The notes under the pieces were generated by a model. It had not been told where the DNA came from. It searched no databases and worked only from the letters and a program-made list of their open reading frames with translations. This document shows positions 22,141 to 32,382 of a DNA stretch of 64,000 nucleotides, piece by piece. Position 1 is the stretch's first letter, and every line of letters begins with the position of its first letter. The translations under genes were made by a program, and so were the position numbers. Source of the stretch: a virus; IMG/VR virus record IMGVR_UViG_3300044987_001050, positions 19,187-83,186 of that record; one strand, written 5' to 3'.

Positions 22141-22509
22141 ATGGAAATACTCAGCGTTAACACAGTAAAAGAAACCGAAGCGATGCGCGTCCTTGACGAG
22201 TGCCGTGCAACGATGGAAAAGAAGGGGAACGATTATCAGAATCCGCACTCGCGTATTCGACAAGCGGACTATTATCCTGCAGGCGTTGCGACGATACTTG
22301 ACATCGTGCATGCCAAGGTTCTCCGCATGAGGTCCGTCATCGAAGCGATGGAGAACGATCCTAACTACGTCCCCAACTTCGAATCGTTCGAAGACTCATG
22401 CAAGGATGCAATCAATTACCTTGCCTTCGGTGTCTCATACTCTCGCGGCAAGATTGATGGCCAAGATCCTTCGCGAGATTTTCTTAACCGCATGACACGC
22501 AAAGCATGA
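22141..22509 (+). CDS. nucleotide-modification-associated all-alpha (DUF1599/MazG-like) protein
   Basis: KKGNDY, K.LR, ESFEDS..D.INY. Confidence 0.65.
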   Translation: MEILSVNTVKETEAMRVLDECRATMEKKGNDYQNPHSRIRQADYYPAGVATILDIVHAKVLRMRSVIEAMENDPNYVPNFESFEDSCKDAINYLAFGVSYSRGKIDGQDPSRDFLNRMTRKA

Positions 22510-23018
22510 ACATAACATGTCCTTTCAGGCACGTCGTCACCGACGTTGATGGTGTCCTCACGGACGGTTCATTTCATTATTCCCCTGACGGTAAAACGCA
22601 CAAGGTCTTTGGGCCGCATGATTCTGACGGTGTCAAGATCTTTCGTCGTTTGGGAATTGCTGTCTATGCGATCTCGGCGGATAAGCGTGGGTTTCCAATC
22701 ACGCTAGCGAGGATGAATGACATGAATGTCCCCATTGAATATGTTACTGAGAACAACCGATATCGGTTTGTCGCAGATAAGTTTGTGTTAGGCGATACAT
22801 GCTTCATCGGTGATGGCATTTTCGACGCGGCCCTCCTCGCGGATTGTTCATTCTCGTTCTCTCCATCGAACGCGCCTGACTTCGTTCGACAATATGCTAA
22901 GCACAACTGCAAAGCCCGCGGCGGTAACGGTGTCCTTCTTGAAGCAGCACTATATACTATCAGCACCTGGTTCCCCAATGAACTTGATGCCCTACTTAAA
23001 GACCTAAGACTACTATGA
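22506..23018 (+). CDS. KdsC-like HAD sugar-phosphate phosphatase
   Basis: DVDGVLTDG, K.F..HD..G, FIGDGIFD, GGNG. Confidence 0.88.
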   Translation: MNITCPFRHVVTDVDGVLTDGSFHYSPDGKTHKVFGPHDSDGVKIFRRLGIAVYAISADKRGFPITLARMNDMNVPIEYVTENNRYRFVADKFVLGDTCFIGDGIFDAALLADCSFSFSPSNAPDFVRQYAKHNCKARGGNGVLLEAALYTISTWFPNELDALLKDLRLL

Positions 23019-23539
23019 AGATCATCCTCGACGAAATGACTCGAATGGGCGACGCCCTCGACACAAAAGAAGTTCAGACATACGTTAACTCTCTCGCGTA
23101 TAGGTTAATATCCAAGCCAGCTATCGTAGGTCTCGCGGCGGGTCGTATGGGATACGCGTTGCGAGCATTCATCATGCGCCTCAATCACATGGGTTTCAAC
23201 GCAAGCATGATAGGCGACACGAACGTCCCTCTTATCACCGCGAATGATATCGTGCTCGTGAACAGTTCATCAGGTGAAACTCCGTCGATCCTTTTGTATG
23301 TTAAGCAAGCCCGTGACGCAGGTTCGCGTGTTTACACGACGACGTGCAACCCGATGTCGTCCATCGGCAGACTATCACATGAAGTTATTCCTCTCCCGAA
23401 AATCAATTCGGTTCAGCTGATGAAGTCGGCTTACGAACAATTCTCGATGCTGTTATATGATCACATCGTCATGGAGCTTTCATCAAAACTAAACCTAGAC
23501 CCTGAGTTCACGACTCATAATCACTCAATCCTCGAATAA
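23015..23539 (+). CDS. SIS-domain sugar-phosphate isomerase (HxlB/KdsD-like)
   Basis: AGRMG....F.MRL.H.G, SSSGET, S.IG, C-terminal HSILE. Confidence 0.85.
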   Translation: MKIILDEMTRMGDALDTKEVQTYVNSLAYRLISKPAIVGLAAGRMGYALRAFIMRLNHMGFNASMIGDTNVPLITANDIVLVNSSSGETPSILLYVKQARDAGSRVYTTTCNPMSSIGRLSHEVIPLPKINSVQLMKSAYEQFSMLLYDHIVMELSSKLNLDPEFTTHNHSILE

Positions 23540-24231
23540 TGAAACCTATCTTCGGCGCATCAGTTATATGCATGGATCACCTCAACCTCGAACGCGATGT
23601 TCGGTTGTGTGCTGAACTCGGAGTCGACTACCTCCACCTCGACGCAATGGACGGCCATGCCGTTCCTCGTTATGGTGTCTATCCTGAGCAGGTTGCACGC
23701 ATCGCGACCATCACTGACCTCCCGCTTGACCTTCACCTCATGGTGTCGGATGTCGAGTTCGCGATTAGTCAGTTCGATATCTCGAAGGTCAGGACAGTAA
23801 CATTCCACTTGAACGGTAATGAAGGGCGAGCGCTTTACCTCATGGACAAGATTCGTGAAAAAGGAGCACGGCCAGGCCTTGTCATGAACCTTGACATGCC
23901 GCTCTACGCGTTGCACCGCTTGATTGACAACGGAGAACTTGACCTCGTGATGTTCATGGGTATTCATCCTGGTGTACTCGTTCAAACGGCACGTCCTGAA
24001 ACAGTTACTGATGACATATTCGGCTTCCTCTCGGTTTATCCTAACGTCGAGATCCAAATCGACGGCGCTCTTAACTTCGACACCTTCGAACAATTTAGGA
24101 ACGACGGCGTTGATTCATTCGTCGGCGGGACGGGCACTATATATAAGAACGTAGATCGCAACACAAACTGGGAAACCCAAGAAGCGATCATCCGCACGAA
24201 CATGCAACGCATCAAATCATTTCTCCAGTAA
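23539..24231 (+). CDS. rpe: ribulose-phosphate 3-epimerase
   Basis: LHLDAMDGH.VP, DLHLMV, TFH, M.I.PG, IQIDG. Confidence 0.88.
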   Translation: MKPIFGASVICMDHLNLERDVRLCAELGVDYLHLDAMDGHAVPRYGVYPEQVARIATITDLPLDLHLMVSDVEFAISQFDISKVRTVTFHLNGNEGRALYLMDKIREKGARPGLVMNLDMPLYALHRLIDNGELDLVMFMGIHPGVLVQTARPETVTDDIFGFLSVYPNVEIQIDGALNFDTFEQFRNDGVDSFVGGTGTIYKNVDRNTNWETQEAIIRTNMQRIKSFLQ

Positions 24232-25814
24232 TGTATAAAGTCGTAATCCCATCTGCCGGGTTAGGTTCACGCGTCGCCGCGCATTCGCCTAACATCAACA
24301 AAGCACTAATCACGATTGGCAACAAGCCTGTCATCTCGCACGTCATCGACAAGTTCAAGAAGGACGTCGAGATCGTTGTGTTATTAGGTCATCACGGATC
24401 TTACGTAAGGCAATCGCTCGAGGCGATCTATCCTGACCGTAAGATCTCTTTCGTTGACGTCGAGCTTTATCAAGGTGAAGGATCCGGACTTGGTCTTACG
24501 TTAGGATGCGCCGAACATCTGTTGCAGTGCCCATTCATATTCATCTCGAACGACACAATCATTCCTGATGAAGTCATTGATCTTGACCCTAACATCACGG
24601 GCAATTGGATGGCTTACTATACCGCGACAAAAGCTGACTCGTTTAACACGTCGGTCTACCGCACCGTCGAGATTGACAACGGTGTTGTGACAAACATCAA
24701 CCCGAAGGGAATCGTATGCCCTAACATTTATGTTGGTCTATGCGGTGTCAAAGATTATGACGGTTTCTGGAAGAGCATGGACAACCCGCGTGCGATTCCT
24801 GTCGGCGAATCATACGGGCTTAAGTTTCTCAATAACATCAAAGCGATTCCTGTCCCATCATGGTGCGACACCGGGAACGTCGAATCACTTCTTAAGACGC
24901 GTGAACTGCTAGAGACTCACGAGTTCAACATCGTTCACAAGAATGATGAGGCTATCTGGTTTTACGATAACCGCGTGATCAAGTTCAGTGTTGACGATAA
25001 GTTCATTGCTGATCGAGTCAAGCGCCTTCAAGGATTGGGCAATCAAATCTTTCCTTCACTGATCCACGTTGACAAGAACCTCTACGTCTATAACCGAATC
25101 GTCGGCGATGTTGTAAGCAAGACACTCAATGGGACTAACGTCATCGACATCCTCGACTTCGCGAAGAAGGAGATGTGGGATAACACTTCGAATGCTACGC
25201 CTGAACTCGTCGAGGCGTGTTATTCGTTCTACCGTGATAAGACGTTCAAGCGTGTCCAACAATTCTTCGACGTCTTTGAGTGTGTTGACACGGTGGACAC
25301 GATTAACGGCGTGACGATTCCGCCAATGTATGTGCTGCTTAATCGCGTTGATTGGCGCGACCTATGTGATCATCCGCATGCCTCGAAGTATCATGGCGAC
25401 TTCCACAACGAAAACATTCTAGTCACGCCGTCCGGCAATCCAATGCTGATCGACTGGCGCCAAAACTTTGGGTATGATAACCTAGACATCGGCGATGCAT
25501 ACTATGACTTCGCTAAGTTCATGCACGGGCTCATTGTTTCTCACCATCAGATTTTGTGCAACCACTTTACGGTCGAGCGAGATTCCTCGAATAACATCAC
25601 GATAGATATTTTACGGCCACACCGTTTAGTCGAAGCTGAGGAGACGTTCGTGAAGTGGCTGAAGGAGAATAATTATGACGCATCGCGCGTGAGATTGCTT
25701 ACCGCACTAATCTTCCTGAACATCGCAGCGCTTCATGAGTATCCTTACTCGCTATACCTATTCTATCTTGGCAAACATCTACTGAACAAATACCTAGTCT
25801 CGACACTATCATGA
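24231..25814 (+). CDS. sugar nucleotidyltransferase fused to an APH/choline-kinase-like domain
   Basis: IPSAGLGSR, NKAL, WCDTG; C-terminal HGDFHNENIL, IDWR, GD.YYD.AK. Confidence 0.85.
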   Translation: MYKVVIPSAGLGSRVAAHSPNINKALITIGNKPVISHVIDKFKKDVEIVVLLGHHGSYVRQSLEAIYPDRKISFVDVELYQGEGSGLGLTLGCAEHLLQCPFIFISNDTIIPDEVIDLDPNITGNWMAYYTATKADSFNTSVYRTVEIDNGVVTNINPKGIVCPNIYVGLCGVKDYDGFWKSMDNPRAIPVGESYGLKFLNNIKAIPVPSWCDTGNVESLLKTRELLETHEFNIVHKNDEAIWFYDNRVIKFSVDDKFIADRVKRLQGLGNQIFPSLIHVDKNLYVYNRIVGDVVSKTLNGTNVIDILDFAKKEMWDNTSNATPELVEACYSFYRDKTFKRVQQFFDVFECVDTVDTINGVTIPPMYVLLNRVDWRDLCDHPHASKYHGDFHNENILVTPSGNPMLIDWRQNFGYDNLDIGDAYYDFAKFMHGLIVSHHQILCNHFTVERDSSNNITIDILRPHRLVEAEETFVKWLKENNYDASRVRLLTALIFLNIAALHEYPYSLYLFYLGKHLLNKYLVSTLS

Positions 25815-27052
25815 ATATTCTAATCGGCAAAACAGGCCGCTCTATTTACTTCAACTCGAACAGTCGTGGGTTCACGGCCGGTGATGAAGAGGCGCCTATG
25901 TTATATCGGCTCCTCGCGAAAAGAAATCCCGAGCATACGTTCTATCTTATCGGCAGGTCCGACATTACACGGATGCGTGACAAGGAGACGACGGGTTCGC
26001 TATCATCCTTCTTCGATGAAGTTGAGGAGGAAGAAATCGACGAAGGTTTGCCGCCTAACATAATCAACCTCTTCGACGACTGGACGAACAAGGTTACGAT
26101 TGATGATCATGTTTGGCTCGAGGAAAAGATTCGTCGACTGGACCTGAAGTTCGATGCAGGTGTTATTTTCATCGGACCTACGCCAGCCGTGGGAATTCCT
26201 AATGTAGGCATTGAACGCCTTGACGGAAAAGGAAAGGCGAAGACACTGGAGATGTTTCAAAAGTACTATGCTGGCATTGTGCATACGCTCAATTGGACGA
26301 ACACGCCGTTCATCTCAATATGTTCAGACCCTAAGTATGCTCCGCAATACGCACGCGATATCATCAATGATGAACGGGTAGTGCTTAGTCAAATCAACCA
26401 AACATACGCGCGCAAACGAATCAAGTCATACGAGGAGTCGTTGACGTTGCGTGACGTCAAGCTGAAGTACATTTACTCCGGAATCGAAACTGTCTTCCTG
26501 CTTGGCGAGAAAAAGATTGAATGGCTTGACCGTCCAAAGACGAACAAGTTTGTCATTGGCCTTAATGGCGGTCTATCTCGTGATGAGTTCATCAAGGATT
26601 GGATTCTCAAGGGTGATACGACGGGCATTAAGGTTTATGGCGAATGGGCGGACGAGTTCACGACGGGTTGGCCCGATGTCTTTGAGAACAAGAGTATCCG
26701 GTCGGTCGAGGACGTGTTCCTCAATTCGCGTTACACGATCATTGCGCCTCCGCATAAACCAACAGGAAACTTCGTAACTCAAAAGTTCTGGAAGATGATT
26801 TACTATGGCATCATCCCGTTCTTCCATCCAAATTACGATACCGACAACATCTTCAACGTGCCAGCTATCCTTCGAGTTAAGACACCCAAGGATATGTGGG
26901 AACGAATCAAATTCCTTGACGAGAATCCCGAGACATATAAGCTCGTGCAGAAGCGGCTGTATGACATGCTTGACGACAGCTACTTCAACGGAGACTTCCT
27001 TTACAACGTCGTCAAGACGAACCTCGAGCAGTACACCGGCGTCGTTCTATAA
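25811..27052 (+). CDS. GT-B glycosyltransferase, putative DNA glycosyltransferase (BGT-like)
   Basis: SDPKY, VYGEW, TQKFWKMIYYGIIPFFHPNYD; context in the sugar operon. Confidence 0.65.
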   Translation: MNILIGKTGRSIYFNSNSRGFTAGDEEAPMLYRLLAKRNPEHTFYLIGRSDITRMRDKETTGSLSSFFDEVEEEEIDEGLPPNIINLFDDWTNKVTIDDHVWLEEKIRRLDLKFDAGVIFIGPTPAVGIPNVGIERLDGKGKAKTLEMFQKYYAGIVHTLNWTNTPFISICSDPKYAPQYARDIINDERVVLSQINQTYARKRIKSYEESLTLRDVKLKYIYSGIETVFLLGEKKIEWLDRPKTNKFVIGLNGGLSRDEFIKDWILKGDTTGIKVYGEWADEFTTGWPDVFENKSIRSVEDVFLNSRYTIIAPPHKPTGNFVTQKFWKMIYYGIIPFFHPNYDTDNIFNVPAILRVKTPKDMWERIKFLDENPETYKLVQKRLYDMLDDSYFNGDFLYNVVKTNLEQYTGVVL

Positions 27053-27072
27053 CCTATAAATCAAATCAGCCA

Positions 27073-28323
27073 ATGAATAAACAAACCAAAATTACATACG
27101 CGCCAATCATCCCGCTAATCGGTGGTGAACCTCTGGGTGTTATGACAGCACTCAATGGGCAACTGCCTGAGTATGTGTTATCATATTCGCCTTTCGCCGA
27201 CAACGATTCGCACTACATCAAATATCTCCGTGATGTTAAGGGATTCACGGGTGACTATGCTGTCATCGATGATCCTGCATTCGAGAACTATGTTCCAAAG
27301 CAGGTTGATGTTGTCATGAGCACTTGCCCGTGTGCAGGCTTGTCGTCGTTGTCCGTTGCATCGTCAGCTGATTCGCCCGTGAACGAATGGCTTTACACCT
27401 CGGCTGAGTATGTGTTATCTACCGTGAAGCCCAAGGTCTTCTGGGGAGAAAACGCGCCGCGTCTATTCTCATCGTTCGGTAAGCCCGTTGCTGATAAGCT
27501 TCATGCAATCGGTAAGAAGTACGGATATTCGCTCAACCTTTACTACACGGAGTCTAAGCTGCATGGCCTTTGCCAGAAGCGTCCGCGTACATTCTACTTC
27601 TTCACACAATCCGAAGTTGCTCCTATCTTCAAAACCTGGAGACGCGATCTCAATCCTGTTGAGGACATCCTCAAGAAGAAGACACTCAAGAAGGATCCAA
27701 TGAATGTTCTCATCAACAAAGCGGACCCAATGGATAACCCATGGGTTGCATACGCGGTTGAGAAGGTCGGCGGCGGAACACTCAAAGGTGTTTATGATTA
27801 CATCGAAGAAACGCAGAACCTCATCAACGGTGCGGACGGCGACTTCGGTCAGTCACTCCCAGAGGTTGCTGATTGGATGGACGCACAGGACAAACCTACG
27901 TTCTCGCATGTCGCGAAGCGCGCACGCGCAATGCAAGGCAAGCTTGATGACGGCAAAGGTTATTGGTCGCACGGCGTCACGATGTCGAAGGGTGCTATCC
28001 CATCGTTGATCGGCGCAATGCCAGGTTCGTTAATCAATCCATTCACAGGGACATTCCTAACACTTCGTGATTGTCTTCGAATCATGGGTATGCCCGAGGA
28101 CTTCAATCTCGCGTCCGAGAATCCTGTTTCGAAGTCTAACCACATTTGTCAGAACGTGCCGGTGACAACTGCGCGTGACATGATGGACGGCATTCTTCAA
28201 TACTTGAACGACGATTGCGAGTTCTCTAACTCCGATTACATCAAGCAGTCTAACCGAAACTTCTCGGTCATCTCAGTCAACGCCCAAAAGGAAACTACGG
28301 CGTCCCTTGATTCCTTCTTCTAA
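27073..28323 (+). CDS. atypical C5-cytosine DNA methyltransferase-like protein
   Basis: TCPCAGLS (motif IV), WGENAP (VI), QKRPRTF (VIII), LTLRDCLRIMG.PEDF, QNVP; motif I replaced by PLIGG. Confidence 0.75.
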   Translation: MNKQTKITYAPIIPLIGGEPLGVMTALNGQLPEYVLSYSPFADNDSHYIKYLRDVKGFTGDYAVIDDPAFENYVPKQVDVVMSTCPCAGLSSLSVASSADSPVNEWLYTSAEYVLSTVKPKVFWGENAPRLFSSFGKPVADKLHAIGKKYGYSLNLYYTESKLHGLCQKRPRTFYFFTQSEVAPIFKTWRRDLNPVEDILKKKTLKKDPMNVLINKADPMDNPWVAYAVEKVGGGTLKGVYDYIEETQNLINGADGDFGQSLPEVADWMDAQDKPTFSHVAKRARAMQGKLDDGKGYWSHGVTMSKGAIPSLIGAMPGSLINPFTGTFLTLRDCLRIMGMPEDFNLASENPVSKSNHICQNVPVTTARDMMDGILQYLNDDCEFSNSDYIKQSNRNFSVISVNAQKETTASLDSFF

Positions 28324-28345
28324 TACACACACCACACAATAACAT

Positions 28346-29422
28346 ATGTCAGCAATACTCGACAAACTCAAGAAGAACTCCCGCGTCAAATCCGCGGAGA
28401 TCCTATGTGACTCACCTTTCTTTGGAAAGGTTGAGTTGACGACAACGCCAGTGCCGATGATCAACGTCGCGCTCTCAGGCTCACTTAACGGTGGTCTCGC
28501 TTCAGGCCTTACTGTTCTTGCAGGTCCATCCAAACACTTCAAGACAAGCTATGCGTTGCTTATGGCCGCGGCATATCTGAACAAGCACAAGGACGCATGT
28601 CTGATGTTCTATGATTCGGAATTCGGTTCGCCTCAAGCATACTTCGAATCGTTCGGGATTGATCCTGCGCGTGTTCTACACATTCCTATCAAGGATGTCG
28701 AGGAGCTGAAGTTCGACCTTGTCAACCAACTTGAAAACCTTGATCGGAAAGACAAGGTCATTATCATCATCGACTCAATTGGTAACCTTGCATCGAAGAA
28801 GGAGTTGGAGGACGCAATCGACGCGAAGTCGGTCACGGACATGTCGCGTGCAAAGTCGATCAAAGGCTTGTTCCGTATGGTCACGCCGTTCCTCACGATC
28901 AAGGATGTTCCTTGCTTGGCCGTGAACCACACATATCAAGAGATGGGCTTGTTCCCGAAAGCAGTCGTCTCAGGTGGTACTGGCATCTATTACTCCGCAT
29001 CCAACATTTGGATCGTCGGTCGTCAACAAGACAAGGTAGGTACTGAGGTTCAAGGTTATCACTTCGTCATCAATGTCGAGAAGAGCCGGTTCGTCAAGGA
29101 GAAGTCCAAGATTCCGATTTCGGTTTCATGGGACGGCGGCATCGACAAGTACTCAGGTTTGCTTGACCTTGCGTTGGAAGCAGGTTTCATTCAGAAGCCA
29201 TCCGCCCAATTCTGTCAGTTGCTTGACTTTGCGACCGGAGAGTTTGGTACTGCGAAGGTTCGTCCTAAGGCAATCCCTGATTCGTACTTTGCTGAACTGG
29301 TCAACTATCAACCCTTCGCGGACTACATCACGAACAAGTACACGATCGGACTTCGTCAAATGATCTCAGACGACTCAGACGAAGTTGGTCCTGACACGGA
29401 TGAGGAGGACGAAGATGCCTAA
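28346..29422 (+). CDS. uvsX: RecA-like recombinase
   Basis: AGPSKHFKT, FYDSEFG, DSIGNLAS, GGTG.YYS. Confidence 0.95.
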   Translation: MSAILDKLKKNSRVKSAEILCDSPFFGKVELTTTPVPMINVALSGSLNGGLASGLTVLAGPSKHFKTSYALLMAAAYLNKHKDACLMFYDSEFGSPQAYFESFGIDPARVLHIPIKDVEELKFDLVNQLENLDRKDKVIIIIDSIGNLASKKELEDAIDAKSVTDMSRAKSIKGLFRMVTPFLTIKDVPCLAVNHTYQEMGLFPKAVVSGGTGIYYSASNIWIVGRQQDKVGTEVQGYHFVINVEKSRFVKEKSKIPISVSWDGGIDKYSGLLDLALEAGFIQKPSAQFCQLLDFATGEFGTAKVRPKAIPDSYFAELVNYQPFADYITNKYTIGLRQMISDDSDEVGPDTDEEDEDA

Positions 29423-29710
29423 CACCAAGATAGTCCAAGTCGACATCGAATTCTCGCGTGTCAGATGGTTAGGCGAACGCACTAATGAAGTTCATCAACT
29501 TATCCGAGATGAACTTATCAAGTACAGTGCTGAGCGTGGTAGGCAAGCGCCTACCCAGGTCATGGTTGAGGTGTCGCCTAACCTAGCAAACGAGTTGAGC
29601 TTTGGTGACGCAACCAACTTCAACTGTAGCCTGCTAGGCGTGCCTGTTAGGTTCTCCGTGAATTGGACACTCATCAGGAATTTCATTCGACTAACCATTT
29701 CTTGATTTAC

Positions 29711-30046
29711 ATGGAAGAGGAAATAGATTACAATTTTGTAGAACACGCCGATTCGACTCTTTACTCGATTCGATTGATGACCGGCAATTGGGCTGGTGTT
29801 ATTTACACTTATGGGCGTGTTTCTATTAGGGAGGATCGGCGCAACGACACTGCAGTCCTCTCATTTGATTACCGCATCGAAGATGTAGGTGACACCTCAT
29901 TCGCACCAGAAGATCTGGAGACGAGTGATGCGTTTAGAAATATGATAGGTGATATCCTTGCCGATATCCTATCAAGTGAAGAAATACATATAGGCAAAGA
30001 TGCAACCAAATTTACAGACGATAATCGTAAAGGGACTACTCCATGA
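29711..30046 (+). CDS. gp40-like head vertex assembly chaperone
   Basis: Position between uvsX and gp41; YTYG.V...FDY...IGDIL. Confidence 0.55.
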   Translation: MEEEIDYNFVEHADSTLYSIRLMTGNWAGVIYTYGRVSIREDRRNDTAVLSFDYRIEDVGDTSFAPEDLETSDAFRNMIGDILADILSSEEIHIGKDATKFTDDNRKGTTP

Positions 30047-31391
30047 TGAGACATTCTGCCGTAAGGCGTTACCACACATAAAGCCTGAATACTTTGAGGG
30101 CGAGCATCGAGTTGTTTATGATCTGATTCTTAAGTTCATTTCCAAGTATAACAAGCTGCCTAACTCTGCAGTACTTGACATTGAATTCCGCGCATCAAAT
30201 CATAACGTAGGCGCTGACACGATCAACGTCGCGAAACTAATCTCCGACGTTGATACGCCAGAGATTGTTGAGTATGATTGGTTAGTTGACTCGACCGAGA
30301 AGTGGTGTAAGGACCGTGCAGTCTACATCGCAATCATGGAGTCGATTCAGATCATCGACGGCAAGGCTGAAGGTAAGGCGGAGGGGATGATTCCTGACAT
30401 CCTCTCGAAGGCGCTTGCAGTAACATTCGACACTAACGTAGGCCACGACTACCTCGAGGACGCGGAGAAGCGGTATGATTACTATCACCGCGTCGAGGAT
30501 AAGATTGCGTTCGACATCGACATGTTGAACAAGATCACGAACGGCGGTGTATCGCGCAAGACATTGAACATCATTCTTGCAGGTACTGCCGTGGGTAAGT
30601 CGCTCGCTATGTGTCACCTCGCGGCTGCGGCGATGGCCCAAGGTCGTAGTGTGTTATACATCACGATGGAAATGGCGGAGGAAAAGATCGCTGAACGTAA
30701 TGATGCTAACCTCTTCGACATCAACATTGATCAGATCACGAACCTCTCGAAGGAGATGTTCAATCACAAGATCAAAGGCATTGCTGCAAAGACACACGGC
30801 AAGCTGATCATCAAGGAATATCCAACAGGAGCTGCTCATGCCGGACACTTCCGGGCGCTCCTGATGGAACTGAAGCTGAAGAAGAACTTCGTTCCTGACA
30901 TCATCTTCATCGACTACCTGAACATTTGTGCATCGTCTCGAATCAAAGGTGGAGCTGAAGGCGGTACATACTCGCTCATCAAGTCGATTGCTGAAGAGCT
31001 TCGCGGTTTGGCGGTCGAGTTCAATGTTCCGATTTGGTCAGCCACGCAGGTCACTCGATCCGGGTATGCCTCGTCCGACGTTGAAATCACGGACACGTCT
31101 GAATCATTCGGTCTTCCTGCAACAGCGGACTTGATGATCGCCTTGATGTCAACTGAACAACTCGAGAAGATGGGTCAGATCATGATTAAGCAACTCAAGA
31201 ATCGTTACAATGATGTAGGCAAGTACAAGCGATTCACGGTCGGTGTTGATCGAGCTAAGATGCGGTTGTATGACATTGCTGACCCAATGGCTAACATCGC
31301 GAACGAGTCGTCCTCGCAATCAAATGTCGTGCAGACACCGTTCAGCGCAGGTAAGCCCGAACGAAAACAGTTCACTGGATTCAAGACATGA
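30000..31391 (+). CDS. 41: replicative DNA helicase (T4 gp41)
   Basis: AGTAVGKS, TMEMAEE, IKEYPT, DYLNIC, SESFGLPATAD, QLKNRY. Confidence 0.95.
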   Translation: MQPNLQTIIVKGLLHDETFCRKALPHIKPEYFEGEHRVVYDLILKFISKYNKLPNSAVLDIEFRASNHNVGADTINVAKLISDVDTPEIVEYDWLVDSTEKWCKDRAVYIAIMESIQIIDGKAEGKAEGMIPDILSKALAVTFDTNVGHDYLEDAEKRYDYYHRVEDKIAFDIDMLNKITNGGVSRKTLNIILAGTAVGKSLAMCHLAAAAMAQGRSVLYITMEMAEEKIAERNDANLFDINIDQITNLSKEMFNHKIKGIAAKTHGKLIIKEYPTGAAHAGHFRALLMELKLKKNFVPDIIFIDYLNICASSRIKGGAEGGTYSLIKSIAEELRGLAVEFNVPIWSATQVTRSGYASSDVEITDTSESFGLPATADLMIALMSTEQLEKMGQIMIKQLKNRYNDVGKYKRFTVGVDRAKMRLYDIADPMANIANESSSQSNVVQTPFSAGKPERKQFTGFKT

Positions 31392-31499
31392 GCGAAATAG
31401 TTATCATACATGGACGTAAGTGGGTGATGACGGATATCCCAGCGCCTGACTATTCGAAGACTATCTTCCGCCCGCATCCATTCAAATTCAAATACAGAT

Positions 31500-31844
31500 A
31501 TGCAAGTAAAACTAATGACACTGAACGAGCCGAACCTAAATGGGCTGACCTACTCAACGGATGTCGTAAAGAAGGCGATTGATGAATACATCGCAAGAGG
31601 CAAGCCTATGCTAATTCAGCGTGCATTCAGCAGGGAAGCAGGCGTGAATCTTGAGAACGTATGCGGCGAAGTCAAAGACATTCAGTTCAACGACTTCGAA
31701 ATGTCTGGCACGGTCCATCTGTTTCCAAATGATGAGGCCCTTCGCGCTTTACATGTTAGGCCCGCCTTTGTTGGTCGTATAGAAGAAGGCATGGTAAAAG
31801 ACATCGAACTACTCTCATTCAACTTTACAGCTGACCCGGCATGA
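31500..31844 (+). CDS. small prohead-protease-like (gp21-fold) protein
   Basis: PNLNGLTYS.DV.KKAI.EY resembles the gp21 N-terminal NxNGRxY motif. Confidence 0.45.
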   Translation: MQVKLMTLNEPNLNGLTYSTDVVKKAIDEYIARGKPMLIQRAFSREAGVNLENVCGEVKDIQFNDFEMSGTVHLFPNDEALRALHVRPAFVGRIEEGMVKDIELLSFNFTADPA

Positions 31845-32382
31845 AGAAGATAAGACGATGGGTAATCGGCCCCTGCTCAATATGTGGAAACGAGTTTGAG
31901 CGGTACGAGCCGAGACGCGAATGTAGTTACTGTAACCCCTTTGCCCAAACCAATGAGCCTGTCATACAACCGCCACAAAGATCAGGTCGCGCTCGAGCGC
32001 GCGCGAACACGCGTTAAGACCGAAAACAATAAGTGGGAACAAGGATCATCTCCTAATATAGAACGCATCGAGAAGCGGGCACGACATCTCAAGGATACTC
32101 CGACACCATGCTCATGCGAGATGTGTCGTAACCCAAGACGATCACGTTGGGCAAACGGAACAAGCAAGCTCACGATGCAAGAAAGAAAAGCTCTTAGTAA
32201 CATAAACCAAACAGAACAATGAACGAAAAAGAACAAGCAATCGCCGATAAGTTTCTAAACTCAATTGATTTTGCGAATGTCAATGAAAGGCAGGAGGCAA
32301 TCTATGTGTATCAGTCATTCCTCGGTGCTGTCCAAACGCGCCTTCAGATTGAGGCACAAAATATTGAAAACAGAAAGCAAGC

